From: Paragordius varius
Lineage: Eukaryota; Animalia; Nematomorpha
Length of the DNA: 64,000 bases
Assembly (NCBI GenBank): GCA_964247055.1
Contig: OZ176056.1
Coordinates: 7,192,001-7,256,000, forward strand
Direction: 5' to 3'
The notes under the pieces are model-generated. The model was not told the origin of the DNA and searched no databases. It was given only the letters and a program-made list of their open reading frames with translations. Below, one piece after another: positions 25,601 to 37,229 of this stretch. Both the position numbers and the translations under genes were made by a program. Position 1 is the stretch's first letter. Each line of letters starts with the position of its first letter.

Positions 25601-28600
25601 TGTCTTGCGTTGCCGCATCCATTATAGTAATAAAAAGGAGTGGACTTAGGACTGAACCCTGATGTAGTCCAGCGTTTGTTGGGAAATTGTTTGTATTGCC
25701 AATATTGGTTTTAACGTTGGTTGTTGTATTTTTATAGAGTAGTAATAAAATTTGTATAGTATGTTCTTCTATTCCCTTTTTACGTAGTGCCCATTGAATT
25801 GTGGAGCGTGGTATTTGGTCAAACGCACGTTCCAGATCTCATGGTATAGCTTTTGTTTCTTTTCCAGATATTTTTCTTGTAAGCGTCTTAGTATGAACAA
25901 GGGATCAATTGTGCTACTGTTTGGACGGAATGCAAACTGATTCGAATCTAAGTTTATAAGTTTTCTCAGCCGGTTTTCTAAAATATTTTCGAATATTTTC
26001 AGTGTGTGTTCCAGAAGTTTTAAAGGTCGGTAAGACGATGTTTTTAAACGATCGCCTTTATTTTTATAAATGGGGATTATTATGCTGTTCTTCCAATCGT
26101 TGGGAGTTTGGTTTGTAATTATTATTTGGTTAAAGAGTTTTGTCAGATACTCTGCAGTGTATTTGATGGGTCGAATGAGGTCGACTGAAAGGCTGCTTGG
26201 GCCTGGAGCTTTGTTACTTTTTAATTTATTTATTGCAGTTGTGACTTCATCTATGGTGATTCCAATGAGGCAACGGAAAAGCTGGTGGTGGAAAAATGAA
26301 ATAAAACCATTGTTGCGTGTAAAATGCGAAGCATACAAAAAATGGAAAAGTTCCAAAAATAATGATGATAAAAAAGTTTATGATGATAAAAAACGAGAGG
26401 TCCAAAAGGCCATTCGACACGCTATAAATGAAAAATCCGTTTAAATCGCTGAAAGTTTAGAAAAAGACTTTAGAAACCAAACGATTTTTAAAAGACTCAA
26501 AAACCTTAACAATAGTAATAAAGATGTTAAAACCATAAAATGTATTAAAGATGATAATGATAATATAATAACAAATCCCTCGAAAGTCAAAGAAATTTAG
26601 AAAACGAACTTAGAAAAACAATTCAACCAAGTAAACCCGACCAAACAATTTAGCATGGTTTCACCAGTAGCTGGTCCCATACAAGAAATCACCATAGATG
26701 AAGTCACAACTGCAATCAATAAATTAAAAAGTAACAAAGCTCCAGGCCCAAGCAGCCTTTCAGTCGACTTCATTCGACCCATCAAAAACACTGTGGCTCG
26801 GATGTGCTTAATATTGATTTTGTAAAACCAATTAGAATTCTTTTGATACAAAGTAGTTGGCATTGTTAGTTACGATTTGACGAGGAAATCCAAATCGGGC
26901 AATATGCTTTTCTAGACAATTTAGAATGCTCTGAGTCGAAATCACTTTGAGCATCTCCATTTCCACCCAGCGAGTAGCGCTATCGATAGTTACCAACCTG
27001 TAATAACCGTTGACTGGGCCAGCATCATCTATATGTAGCCGTCCCCATGTCAGTGTATTAAAATTCTATCTATAGGGTGGGTTTTCGGGAGCATTGGGTC
27101 GGTTGAATTACATGCCTCGCAATTTTTAACCTAACGAGCGAGATCGTTCTCTGGACAGTATACCGAACTGCGTGCTTGAGATTTCATGGTATTAACCCAT
27201 TGTGTCCGGGGTGTAAAAGCGTTAGAATAGTGTTTTGCATTGCGCGTGGAATTATAATCGATCAAGGTAAAGAGGCTTGTAATAGCTCTGCATCTCATTT
27301 TTAATGCTAAAGGGTTTGAGGACTCCCTTCTCCCAATTGTTTGTCATTAAAGCCGTTTTAACATTGTTGGGGACATTATCTTTCATGGTAGCTTCCTCAA
27401 CGGTTTTCTTATTAAGATCAAAAAATTTCAACGATAAAAAACGGATATGTTTGGTGGCCGCATCGTCCTCCTCGTCAGTTAGCTGCTGGCAGTCTGGATA
27501 GGGGTCCGCCAATAATTCTTGACCTTTCTTGTAGTATATATAGTCATATTCCATGGCTTTATAAATCCACCTAAGTAATTTCCAATTACTAATGTTATCT
27601 CTTCTCCTCCCAAACAGGCCCACTAAGGGTTTGTGGTGAGTATAAATTTCGAAATGCCTTCCGCATATAAACTACTTAAATTTTTCTAAAGCAAAAATTA
27701 CCACCTTAGCTTCTCTTTCGATAGTGGAATATCTTTTTTCCGTAATCGAACATGTCCGAGAAGCGTAGAAAATAAGGCGTTTTCCTTGTGGGTTTTATGA
27801 AAAATTGCCCCAAACTCCTTGTTTTAGGCATCTGTTTCAATAAACAAGGGGTAACGTTTATTAAAAGCCATTAGTACCTGGGGTTTGATTAATAACTTTT
27901 TTGCTATAGAAAATTCATTTTCCTCTGCTACGTCCATCTCCATTGTGAATTTTTTCCGCCTAATTTGTGCAAATTATTTAGATTGAGATGTAAATTTGGT
28001 ATAAACCGTTCATGAAAATTGATAAATCCTAAAAAAGATCGCAATTCAGATATATTTGATGGTGATGGGCATTTTTGAATGGCCTCTAATTTTTCATTGG
28101 TGAATTGAATCCTTTTCCCAGAGATTACATAACCCATGTATTTTAAGTCAGGAATCGCGATTTGGAGTTTATCCTTGCGTAATCGCAATCCGGCCTCTTG
28201 TAACCAGCTTAAAACAACCCTTAATCCTTTATCATGTTCCTCGCTAGTGGCACCTGAGACTAACACATCGTCTAGGTAAACACATGTGCCCGGTACATCC
28301 CCCAAGAGTTTGTCCAAACACCTTTAAAAAATCATCGGTGCGGAAGTTAACCCGAAAGAAAGCCGTTGGTACGCAAAGAAGCCCTTGTGGGTAGTAATCG
28401 TAAGAAGTGACTGAGACGATTTGTTAATGGGGAACTGTAAGTACGCGTCTTTTAAGTCTAATGTCGAAAATAGTACCCCATTTGACACCTTGGCGGCTAA
28501 ATCAAATGTGGGTATTCGCCTTTTCCTTTAAGTATGTTTACAGTGGGGAAAGCCCATGTTAAATGATTTTGCGTTGGATTCATGGGACGGAGTATTTTTA

Positions 28601-31600
28601 GCTCAACCAGTCGGTCGATTTCTTTTTCGACCAACGGTTGTATGGCAAGACTCGACATGGGAAAATTCGGGGTGCTTCTGGATAGAATAATTTAATGGTA
28701 GGACCCTAGAATGTTCCCAATTCGTCCGAAAATGGTTTATGTGAAAAAAATACGTTCTTCGGCAAATCCAACTTGAAAGCTTTCATCCAATTAAATGGGC
28801 GGGGGATTAAATTTAGCGACGACACATGGTAAGACCTAGCTATTCCCTTTGATATCAACGGCTAACATGGTCTCGCCTAGTACGTGCACTGGATGATGGT
28901 TGTAGTTTTGGAGGGTGGCAGATGGAAGCAGCCGAGGTTTACCCCTCGCCTCCCATTCTCTCCTCCCGAAAATGGAACCTCGGCTCCGGTATCGAATATC
29001 ATTACACAATGTATATTATTAATTATTACTCTTATCCGGAGTGTGGCTCCGATGGCCACGGTGCGAATTATTGGGCGACTACTGGCACCGGCCCTACAAA
29101 CACTGCCGAAGTGATTGTATCTCTAGCACTTGAGGCACCGTTTACCTTTTGCTGGACACGGAGCAGAACCGTGCTGGTGACCAGATTTTGCACAAGCCTT
29201 GTTCATGATTTTGTTGAACATAATCTCCTAATTAATTATGGGCGGATCAATATTATCATTACTATTATTCTGATGTGTTTCCATCTTAAAGCATTTTCTC
29301 TTCTCCAAATCGTACGAATAGGCGATATCAACTATATCTGGAGGATCACTGGCATGCCATCCTTTTTTCCAGTCGGATATCTGGTTGACACTTCCCTCTC
29401 AATTTTTGGGTTTGTCAATCCAACCAAAAATGCATCCCGGAGTTTTGTTTAGACATCGCCTTCCATCTGACAAATTTCACAAGCTGCTTTTAACCGTTCT
29501 AGGAAATCAATCGTAGCTCCGGCTGGATCTTTTGTCATTCGATAAAATTTGACTCTGTTTAACCATATGGCTAATAGATTTGCATCGCACCCCATCCGAA
29601 TTTATAGAGCATGAAGCAGAACCACGCCGCGAATTTCAGCCCAATCAACCTATCTACATAAAGAATCAGTTGAATTAGGGGTGTAACCAGGGGCATATCA
29701 TAAAAAAGGGAACTCATATCTTATGAAGTCAAGGACGAGGAGGGAATCAGCCGAAAACACGCGGATAAGTTACGCGAACGATTTGAACATCTCGATACGG
29801 ACACTGGTACAGCATCCGGGGTAAATAACACTTCTTCCATTCTTGACAGCCAACCTTTACAGCTGACTTAAATCCCAGAATCTACCGTAGACACCCCTTT
29901 TAACCCAGAAACCTCGGGAACCACAACGCAATCCCACCTATCACCGGATGAAAATACCTCTAACTAGAGTGTTGTGGCAGAAAGCCCAAACCAGGGGGAA
30001 AGTAATGTAAGAGATTTTATGTAAAGAGATATTTTTGGATATATACATATTGTGTTACTTTTTTATCTTCGGGCATGGAGATCCTATATAATTTGATTAT
30101 TTTATTATGTAACCACCATTCGAAAGATACAGTTTTTCGCGCTCTTTCGAATGATATACAATACATGGCCTAATGTTAAATCAGGGCCAAAAACCCTAAT
30201 AAAGAAACTCTTAGGTGGTCTAATTTTTTTCAGATATATTATTTAAGTACTTTAATGAAGTAAATTTTAAATTTACAGGAATGGCACTTAAAAAAAGTCA
30301 AAATTTGTTGTCTAGTGTAATTGTATAAAATTGTAAAGTATTAAATGGAGATGTATATAGGTATTACTACTAACAATTATATATTTACGATTGCATTTAA
30401 ATTAATTTTTTAGGCTAAAATAGGGTTTAATAATAATATTCTTGTCTTATAAAAAAATTGATTTCTATTCTGTCCGTATAATATCAATTTTTAACTGTAA
30501 AGTGTACACTGTAAATGTTTAAATTTTTAGTGTCTAAAAAAAATTATAAAAATAAAATTACCATTTGGCCACCAACTAACATGCGTAGCAAACAAGGGAT
30601 CATTTTTAGATTGGATGAAGTTTCATTGGGATTTGAAAAATTTACCTAAAATATAAACATGAAAATGTAAATCATTATAAAAAATTAAAAAGCTCAAACT
30701 ATCATGGATTTTTAAGTTGTGAAAAATAAAAATAAAATCGCTAGAAACACCAAATAATAATATATTTCAATAATTTCAAGGTACATAAATTTAATAAAAT
30801 TATAAACAAAATTGAAGTAGAAATTTTTTTTCAGATATTAGGCCGTGCATATATTAGTATTAAGTTTATAAAGGAAACCAAAAAAACTGAATAAACCTGG
30901 TTAATATATCTTATTGATTGATCCGCAAATTGGCGATATATCTCATCATAATTGTTTGTGTTTATGTTAATTTTCGTAGTATTTTCCGGTCTAAGGTAGG
31001 ATCATATATAGTATACATATGTATATAATTTATATATATATATATATATATATAATTAGCAATTAATTAAAAATTTATTAAAAAATTAAATTTTTTATGC
31101 AAAATTAAAATAGATTTATATTGAAAATTAAATTTTATATCCTTATTTTTTTCTTACAACATATTTGATTACGATTATAATAAGATATCTAAAGTGTTTT
31201 ACCAATATCAACCTTATATTCCTTATTCAATTAAAACGATAAAACACCTCTAAAAACATCAAAGTTTATTTTCTATTCAAAAAACATTCTTTAAAATTTT
31301 AATTTTCTTCTGCCAAGTCAAAATATATAATATACTTTATCTCACAATTTTCCACAGCACTATTGTTGTAAATGTAACATAAAATTTGTCTTGCAACTAA
31401 TACATTGTTGTTACTGTCATAGGGTGAATAATAATGTTCATTAATATTTTCCGTTTTAACAGTTTGAGTAGTTAATTGAGTTTTTTCCATATTTGATGGT
31501 GATGATAATACCATAGAGACTATGGATAAGGTTTGAAGGCAATATAAATTATCAAAAGGAAGGCCAGATACCTTAGGATCATACAATAAAACTGGAAGCA

Positions 31601-34600
31601 ATGAGTTAGTTACGGGCAGCACATTTGAAAGAGTTTGCCAAAAACTGTAACATAAATCCTTTGAAGAAAAAAAAACAACAAAATTTGTTACGACGGTATA
31701 AAAAAATATGTTATAAAGAAAAAATCTATTTCGTGTGTTACATGGACTAATTTGCTAGCTATTGTATTTTTATATATAATTGTTAATTTCTACATATATT
31801 TTTTGTCAATTTGATATGTTTCTTACACATTGTATGAATAAACTTAATATTTTGGCATTTTAAAAATAAAATTATTTTTTAAAAGACTTTTCAGTAAATT
31901 AATTGCAAAATAAATTTATTAATAATTGTAAAATTTTCACAAGCAGCTCCTTAATTCAAAATATATGTACGTTATAAACCATATATACTAAAATGTCAAC
32001 CTCATTTTGCTCCAATAAATAGGGTATTAGCTCATACAATGTTTCAATCATACTTGTTTTAGTAGTATTTATATTATCATTAAAATTACTGTAATAATGA
32101 ACGTTGGAAATATTATCATCAATATTATTATGTAAAGTTTGATGATTAAGAGTTTGAGACATTTGCGAAATATCAAAGTGTGTCACGTAGCGCGACACCA
32201 TATGATACATGCAATTTTGATATAAGGCTTTCATATGTTGGTCGCCTAGGCAACGTAAAACATAATAAATGTTGGTTTGATTATTTTGGTAAAAAAAGAT
32301 TTAATTTATTAAGATAAAATTAAAAATGTCAAAAAAACTTATATAATTTTAGAAAACATGCATATAAATTTTTATCATTGATATACCAATTTAAATCTAA
32401 GTGAAATTATTATTTGGATATATAAAACTGATTAATAATTCTGCTAGGATATATTAATTCCACATAGCGAAAATAAAGAATCAAAAAATATAGTTTTTTT
32501 CACAAAACATACAATTCTTTTATTAATTGTACTGTATACTGTATAAATATTACCGCATTGATTAATAAAAAAATTAAAAATATAAATAATTTTATATCTA
32601 AAAATTAAATTACATTTATGACAAATCTGTTTTGTCATATATGGCTTATATAAATTTTATGTACATACCTTTAAAATGGGCTAAATATTCCTTCATTTGG
32701 CCAAATGCATTATGGTGTAGGGCTAATTTTATGTATTGTTCCCAATTTATTATAGTAGATGATTTGTTTTGATTGCCACTATTATTCATTATTTCAATAT
32801 CAGTTTTATTCATGGTTACAAGCGAATAACCAAATAAGCCCAGAGACAATGCAAATATGGCATATTTAGGTTTTGGGAAAAGATTATTTGCATTACTAAA
32901 GGGGCCAAAAAACTGTTGGTGTACAAGTGAAAAAAGTTCTAACACACTGGCAAAAGACCAATTTTCATTCTGAGTATTTTTGTCAAAAGCCTTGCGTTGT
33001 TTAGATTCATTTTCAAAATAATGTAGGGCTTGAAGTATGCCTTGGCACAGAGCTAAATTCTATAATATTACAGCATAGAGATCAATATTTAAAAAATAAT
33101 TGGATTCAATTTGATAAAACATCTATGGTTTATACCAGGGCTTGAAACCGGAACCCGGTTACTGGGATTTTAACAAGAACCGGCACCGAAATTTCAGGAA
33201 CCAGTCTGGTTCTATCCATAAATTTTTAAGAACCAACACCGTTCCGGTTCCACCCCCTTAATTAGTGGTTCCCCCCATATGATTTTTATTATACAGTATA
33301 AATTGAAATTATACTGACAAAAAATATAAAACAAATATTTTTCAAAAAGATTATTGATTTTTTTTAAATATAACTCATTGTTTTAATCTTATAATACAGA
33401 AATGTAAATTTGTAATACAAGCAATTATATATATACAATAATAATTAATAGTTTACATAGGATAAATTAAGGTATAAAAAAATATGGTGGTCTTTTGAAA
33501 AAAAATTGTCTTTAACTTTTTATGTTTTGTCCGTATAATATCAATTATTAATGTAATTTAATTCCATTATTTAAATTTGATTGTACCACTACATATTACA
33601 TACTTTAAACTTTAAATTTAAAACTAAGCGCCTAATATTATATTAGCAATACTTTCAGAAGACTCTTCTATAAAAAGTAATAGTTGTAAGTCGAGAGTAT
33701 TTATAACACATATGTTCGTATATATAGGTCTCCGTTGAAAGGAGTTTTTTCGCCCTTAATTTTATATTTTTAGACCTGAGAAGCAGTTTGACCAGCGATT
33801 TTTATGGTGCAATAATATTTTAAAGTTAAATAAATATTTTTTAGATGCCACACATAATTTTGCACTCATTATATACCTTTGTGCTTATACATTTTCCCAT
33901 GAATTTTTATTTGTTTAATTTGTTATGCTACACTATATTTCCTTCACTACACATTTGGCAATTTATAATAAATTGTTTGATTTATAATTGTTTATCTGGG
34001 TTTTATTATTATAATAATAATTTTGTAAATCATTTAATCAAAAGTCAGGAACCGAAAATGGAACCGGTTCTCAATGTAAAGAACCGGTTCCGGAACCGCT
34101 AAATTTAGAAGGAACCACCCCGGTTCTGGTTCCAAAAATTGAACAACTGCCCGGTTCTATTTTTAAATTCTTGAGAACCAACACGGTTCCGGTATTACTT
34201 TTTTAAACCGGTTCAAAGCCCTGGTTTATACCTATAAAAATTTAAACAGAAATTAATTAAAAGTGACCTTCGATATCACAAAACTTTAAAATATGGAAAA
34301 ACAAATAGAAATATATTTATACTATTCTTATTCACCTATCGAGATAAAAATGGCTTGAATAAATTTTCGATGAATTACATATTAATCATAACGTTAGCTT
34401 AATATAAACAATCAAAATGTAAAATTACTTTTAAGCCACCGTTTTTGTGGGGAAAAGTTAGTGTTTCTTTAAGTAACAACAAATATTCTTCGGAAAAATA
34501 TTTCACATAAGCATGCGTGGTTATAATAATGTTTAATATAAGATTTTCCAAAACATCGCATTGATCCGATTGAGTTGAAGCTTTCAACACTATTCTATAG

Positions 34601-34878
34601 ATGTCAATAAAAGTAGAGGGTTTAACGCTATTATCATGTAATGAATTGGGTAATAAGGATTTAAGAAAACTGATTTTTCTAAATCGACTGATTTGAATCA
34701 AGTAGTCGGGATCAGTAATTAAACATTGCAATAACATAGGATGAGCATCCAAAAATGCTATCAAATCACAGACATTTGGAGAATCTCTTTTTTCTATTAA
34801 ATCGTTATGGGTTAATGATGAATTTAACTGTTTAAACTTTGTAAGGGTTTGTAGATTATTGGGTTTAAATTCATGCAT
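9166..34878 (-). CDS. NUP188: Nucleoporin Nup188 homolog, 15-exon model, ~2248 codons
   Basis: Exon model (minus): 34878-34429, 33059-32669, 32245-32001, 31658-31336, 30990-30897, 30645-30562, 22050-21789, 19413-19231, 18893-18646, 17942-17795, 17149-13607, 12622-12493, 12289-12094, 10045-9847, 9411-9166. All junctions are GT-AG and phases match except 12094/10045; there is also an internal frameshift at ~15572. Colinear similarity to human NUP188 as recalled: AFL..LLQCLITDPDY~KFL..LLQCYLQEDY; QC..LENLILNII..HAY~QCLREQSMLLEIIFLYYAY; ALHHNAF~AIQLNVF; LCYSFWQT~LPELFWGT; K|RYNP~KWRYNS; NLAHILTGFVIMSHD~NLIAVLAKYIYHKHD; LDLTMYILVSQ|AY~MENCFYLLISQAM. AATAAA follows the stop. Confidence 0.78.
9847..10045 (-). 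CDS. NUP188: Nup188 exon 14
   Basis: TTCCAG| acceptor, CAG|GTAGAT donor; KRVHLCLDLTMYILVSQ. Confidence 0.7.
10850..11800 (+). mobile_element. Highly decayed non-LTR (LINE) RT relic in a Nup188 intron
   Basis: Fragmentary RT motifs (QGSVLS-like, ADDI-like, GLKINPKKC, YLG..IT.NG) with many disruptions. Confidence 0.55.
12094..12289 (-). CDS. NUP188: Nup188 exon 13
   Basis: TAAAG| acceptor (phase 0); FTFGDLTTLL resembles PSFGTLLATV; donor phase unresolved. Confidence 0.6.
12493..12622 (-). CDS. NUP188: Nup188 exon 12, not in the ORF track
   Basis: TATAG| acceptor and GGG|GTAAAC donor; YQLIELL..VKTITFNLKSILPD resembles YGLLKIL..LRHFTPDVCQILLD. Confidence 0.65.
12652..13216. mobile_element. MITE family A, older copy
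   Basis: TACCATTTGCAC ... AAAATGGTA with TA flanks; interior similar to 23343-23988. Confidence 0.8.
13607..17149 (-). CDS. NUP188: Nup188 exon 11 (3543 nt; ORFs 15570..17237 and 13579..15513 joined across a 1-nt frameshift)
   Basis: TTTTTAG| acceptor at 17149 and CA|GTATGT donor at 13607. Two long ORFs abut at ~15570 and one extra base restores a continuous frame. The N-terminus of ORF 15570..17237 is intronic MITE sequence. Confidence 0.8.
17177..17473. mobile_element. MITE family B, degenerate copy
   Basis: Same arrays and interior as 36888-37229. Confidence 0.75.
17795..17942 (-). CDS. NUP188: Nup188 exon 10 (RYNP...LTR)
   Basis: TTTTCAG| acceptor, G|GTATTT donor. Confidence 0.7.
18646..18893 (-). 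CDS. NUP188: Nup188 exon 9
   Basis: TTCTATAG| acceptor, AAA|GTAATT donor, open frame. Confidence 0.7.
19231..19413 (-). CDS. NUP188: Nup188 exon 8
   Basis: TATCAG| acceptor, G|GTATTT donor; DWNTL..PNFFP resembles VWTDL..GFLP. Confidence 0.65.
19566..20927 (+). mobile_element. Internally deleted hAT (Ac/ZBED1-like) element with 8-bp TSD GATACAAC
   Basis: TIR TAGGGTTGTG/CACAACCCTA; TSD at 19558-19565 and 20928-20935; relics IVENKHF, AILTDNAANMKAA, CQCH. Confidence 0.9.
21789..22050 (-). CDS. NUP188: Nup188 exon 7
   Basis: TATGTAG| acceptor, A|GTATGT donor (phase 1); IIELIGHII resembles IIDLVHKVI. Confidence 0.7.
23343..23988. mobile_element. TA-targeting MITE family A (TIR TACCATTTGCACTTCAAGAGTGTCC, 21-bp subterminal arrays)
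   Basis: Perfect TIRs, TA on both sides, tandem TTCAAGTTGGTCCTTGAACA(C/T) units. Confidence 0.9.
24641..26791 (-). mobile_element. 5'-truncated, 5'-inverted RTE-like LINE with 13-bp TSD
   Basis: RT motifs KAPGPS, QFAF, LFADD, YLG; sense part 26270->24641, inverted part 26270-26791; TSD CATCCGAG(C/A)CACA (minus) at 24628-24640 and 26792-26804, within the Gypsy integrase. Confidence 0.9.
29588..30115 (+). mobile_element. Inverted 3'-end copy of the same Gypsy family (integrase tail, PPT, LTR start 30006)
   Basis: Reverse complement of 23226-23338 plus 24020-24415. Confidence 0.88.
30562..30645 (-). CDS. NUP188: Nup188 exon 6 (VNFS...GGQM), not in the ORF track
   Basis: TTTTAG| acceptor and ATG|GTAATT donor; 84 nt; MIPCLLRMLV resembles LFTCEIEMLL. 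Confidence 0.6.
30897..30990 (-). CDS. NUP188: Nup188 exon 5 (PENTT...YINQ), not in the ORF track
   Basis: CCTTAG| acceptor and CAG|GTTTAT donor; 94 nt, open, bridges phase 2 to phase 0. Confidence 0.6.
31336..31658 (-). CDS. NUP188: Nup188 exon 4 (DLCYSFWQT...CEIK)
   Basis: TTCAAAG| acceptor, AA|GTATAT donor (phase 2). Confidence 0.7.
32001..32245 (-). CDS. NUP188: Nup188 exon 3
   Basis: CCTAG| acceptor (phase 1), GAG|GTTGAC donor; CMYHMVSRYV resembles CVYGLLSFV. Confidence 0.7.
32669..33059 (-). CDS. NUP188: Nup188 exon 2 (NLALCQG...HFKG)
   Basis: Acceptor TTATAG|, donor AAAG|GTATGT; the 5' boundary is the less certain one. Confidence 0.7.
33136..34223. mobile_element. Non-autonomous hAT element with 8-bp TSD GTTTATAC
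   Basis: TIR CAGGGCTT..ACCGG / CCGGT..AAGCCCTG; many subterminal GAACCGG/CCGGTTC motifs; exact TSD at 33128-33135 and 34224-34231. Confidence 0.9.
34429..34878 (-). CDS. NUP188: Nup188 exon 1 (MHEFKP...GGLK)
   Basis: Open 150 codons from ATG 34878 with an in-frame stop just upstream; phase-0 donor AAA|GTAATT. Confidence 0.7.
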
Positions 34879-34937
34879 TTCAAATAAATGAATGTATCCA
34901 AATTACATGCGATGTAAGATAATATTTTGGACTTCTG

Positions 34938-34969
<32 letters not shown>

Positions 34970-35375
34970 GTTATATTTATATAATCATAGGATAAAAATA
35001 ACTTCTAAAGCTATAGAGTTATCAATAATTTATGTAGCCAAAATTTTAAACTCATATAATAGTTTGATGCCAAGTCATAATAAAATGCATGATTTTAATT
35101 TTTTTAATTATAACTAAAAAATATATATTACGCGAACACAATCGGCGAATATGAAATAATATTCTTATTAAATATATACATTATTTTTATTTGGGGCTTA
35201 CGAGCAATATCAGAGTTATGTCACATTTGTTGTAATTACACGATGTCGTAAAATCAAAAAATTAACAGATATGTTTAATAATTTTTTTTGGTAAAATCTT
35301 GATAATATGCTCTATACCAAAGATAATTTAAAATTGATGATAGTCTTATGCACAGTACCCACAAAAAAAATCCCG

Positions 35376-35417
<42 letters not shown>

Positions 35418-35829
35418 CTGAAAGAAAATATATCAGGATTATTTGGTTGGTTTTGGCCCTTACGAGTAATTAATCAAAGTTAGTACTTTGTAATAATTGA
35501 ATCTTATTAGAAAATGGCCTAATTTGCGCACATTTATTTAAATAAATTTTTTTATGTGAAAGCTAGAGGTTCATTCCAAAAAGTATAACAAAATATATCA
35601 TAAACTACCTATAAAAAAATCAAAACAATATTTTCAAAAAATTATGATTATTAAATTTAGGCTCCGAAAGTCCCAATTATTTTTGCTTAAGCAAAATGAA
35701 CTAGTGCTTAAAATAAATGCAAAAATGCAGAGATTGCGATATAAATTATGCTAAATTTTTGATATCAAAATTTAGCATATTTTATATTTATCGCGCAGTC
35801 TCAGTCCTTTTGTATTTATTTTAAGAGTG

Positions 35830-36395
35830 AAAATCATTTTAACACTTGGATACAACACATTCATTTTAGTCCTTAAATTCAAATTGGGGTAATTATATAC
35901 CCCAGGCCTGTTTAAAATTAAATTCTTTAAAAAATATGGGAGGAATCGAAACCATGGCAAAATTTTGCACTTATATAACATTAATAAACCGAAATATATA
36001 AATTTTTTTATTAAAAAATACTTGATATTACTTATTATAAGCTAAAACCGAAAGGTAAAAATATAGTCAACGTGGCTGTGCAATGGTAAAATTAAAAAAT
36101 ATTACAAAATTAACTGCTTTTTCTATTTCTATCGATCTTAGATGTAAATTAAATAATAAATTAGCTTTAATTTTGCCCTTAAAATTAAATTAGACGATAT
36201 TTTGCAAAAATTTTGTAAAATAAAAAATACGTCGAAAACAAAATTTAATTTAGATATTTTGGCATATAGATATAATTTTTGTTAGGAGAGAAGCATAAAT
36301 TAAATTGGGACCGTTTACTTCAGTAGTTTTCTAAAAATCTTACATCAAATTTAGTCTGGGGTATTTAGATTCCCCAATTTGAATCGAAGTGTTAA
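35830..36395. repeat. ~570-bp dispersed MITE-like family C (TIR-like TTCGATTCAAATTGGGGTA); other copies at 19540-21485, 49440-50490, 56520-56870
   Basis: Colinear similarity among four loci in both orientations; this copy holds the empty site of the 19566 hAT. Confidence 0.8.
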
Positions 36396-36887
36396 AAGTG
36401 CAAAAAAATTTGGACTTTCGGAACTCACCTCAAAATAAAATTTTGAAAAATTATTATTGTTTTGTTTTTTATATATGGTTTATGAAATATTTTAAATATA
36501 TTTTTTGATATTAAACATTTAATCTTCACCAATATTATTACTAATGGTGCGTAAACCATAACTGAAGTGCAGTTACCGTGAAAGTGTAAATTTTCCAAAA
36601 TACTCATAAGGGCCAAAACCAAAGATACCATAAAACACTGATGCACCATTTCCCTAAATATATCTATTTCATAAGGATATTTTTTATATCCTCCGATTTC
36701 TGACGCCGTTTGCGATAATGAATGACATCGTTGTTATTTGAATAGTGTGAATGGTTTATGATTGGGTATAGAATATGATTATTTGTGTATGTTTGTGGGA
36801 AAATGTTGCGGAGTATTATATCGAAGGATGTATTCTGATATATGATGTTTAATGTTCTTTCAAATGTGTTTTAACACAGGCCTTGTA

Positions 36888-37229
36888 TACCATTTACAGT
36901 TCAAATTCACCCTTGAACAATTCAAATTCACTCTTGAACAATTCAAATTCACCTTAAAAATAAATTATCTATTTTGAACTAATATAACTCATTATTAATA
37001 TGAAATATATGTTTATGGTATAGAGTATTATTTTTTCAGTATTATTTAAATTTAAAACAAAATTTTTATTTTTAAAAAATATAGGTATTTTTTAATCTTA
37101 AAAAACATATATTTTATTTGAGGGTGAATTTGAATTGTTTGAGGGTGAATTTGAATTTTCAAGGGTGAATTTGAATTGTTCTAGAATGAATTTGAATTGT
37201 TCAAGGGTGAATTTGAATTGTAAATGGTA
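36888..37229. mobile_element. TA-targeting MITE family B (TIR TACCATTTACA, 21-bp unit TTCAAATTCACCCTTGAACAA)
   Basis: TIRs, TA flanks and inverted subterminal arrays. Confidence 0.88.

Larger units (their letters stand above)
23170..29588 (-). mobile_element. Decayed Ty3/Gypsy element (gag to integrase, PPT, LTR from 23325 leftward) interrupted by a LINE and a MITE
   Basis: gag (FLERLKAACE..LRDAFLVG), protease FDTGAEV, RT YLDD, RNase H and integrase relics; PPT GGGGGAAAG; left LTR end approximate. Confidence 0.88.

Noticed and set aside
26070-29452. ORFs 26070+, 26597-, 27304+, 28884+, 28922+ as host genes
   Set aside because: Explained by the LINE inversion and antisense frames of the Gypsy element
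33775-33992. Apparent extra Nup188 exon with four TAA/TAG codons, suggesting stop-to-Gln recoding
   Set aside because: It lies inside the TSD-bounded hAT; exon 1 already covers the homologous region; the stop density is what AT-rich DNA gives by chance; ~1200 codons of exon 11 use CAA/CAG with no in-frame TAR
36888-37229. TTC/GAA motifs as heat-shock or STAT elements
   Set aside because: Spacing (GAA-N3-TTC, TTC-N12-GAA) fits neither the HSE nor the GAS consensus
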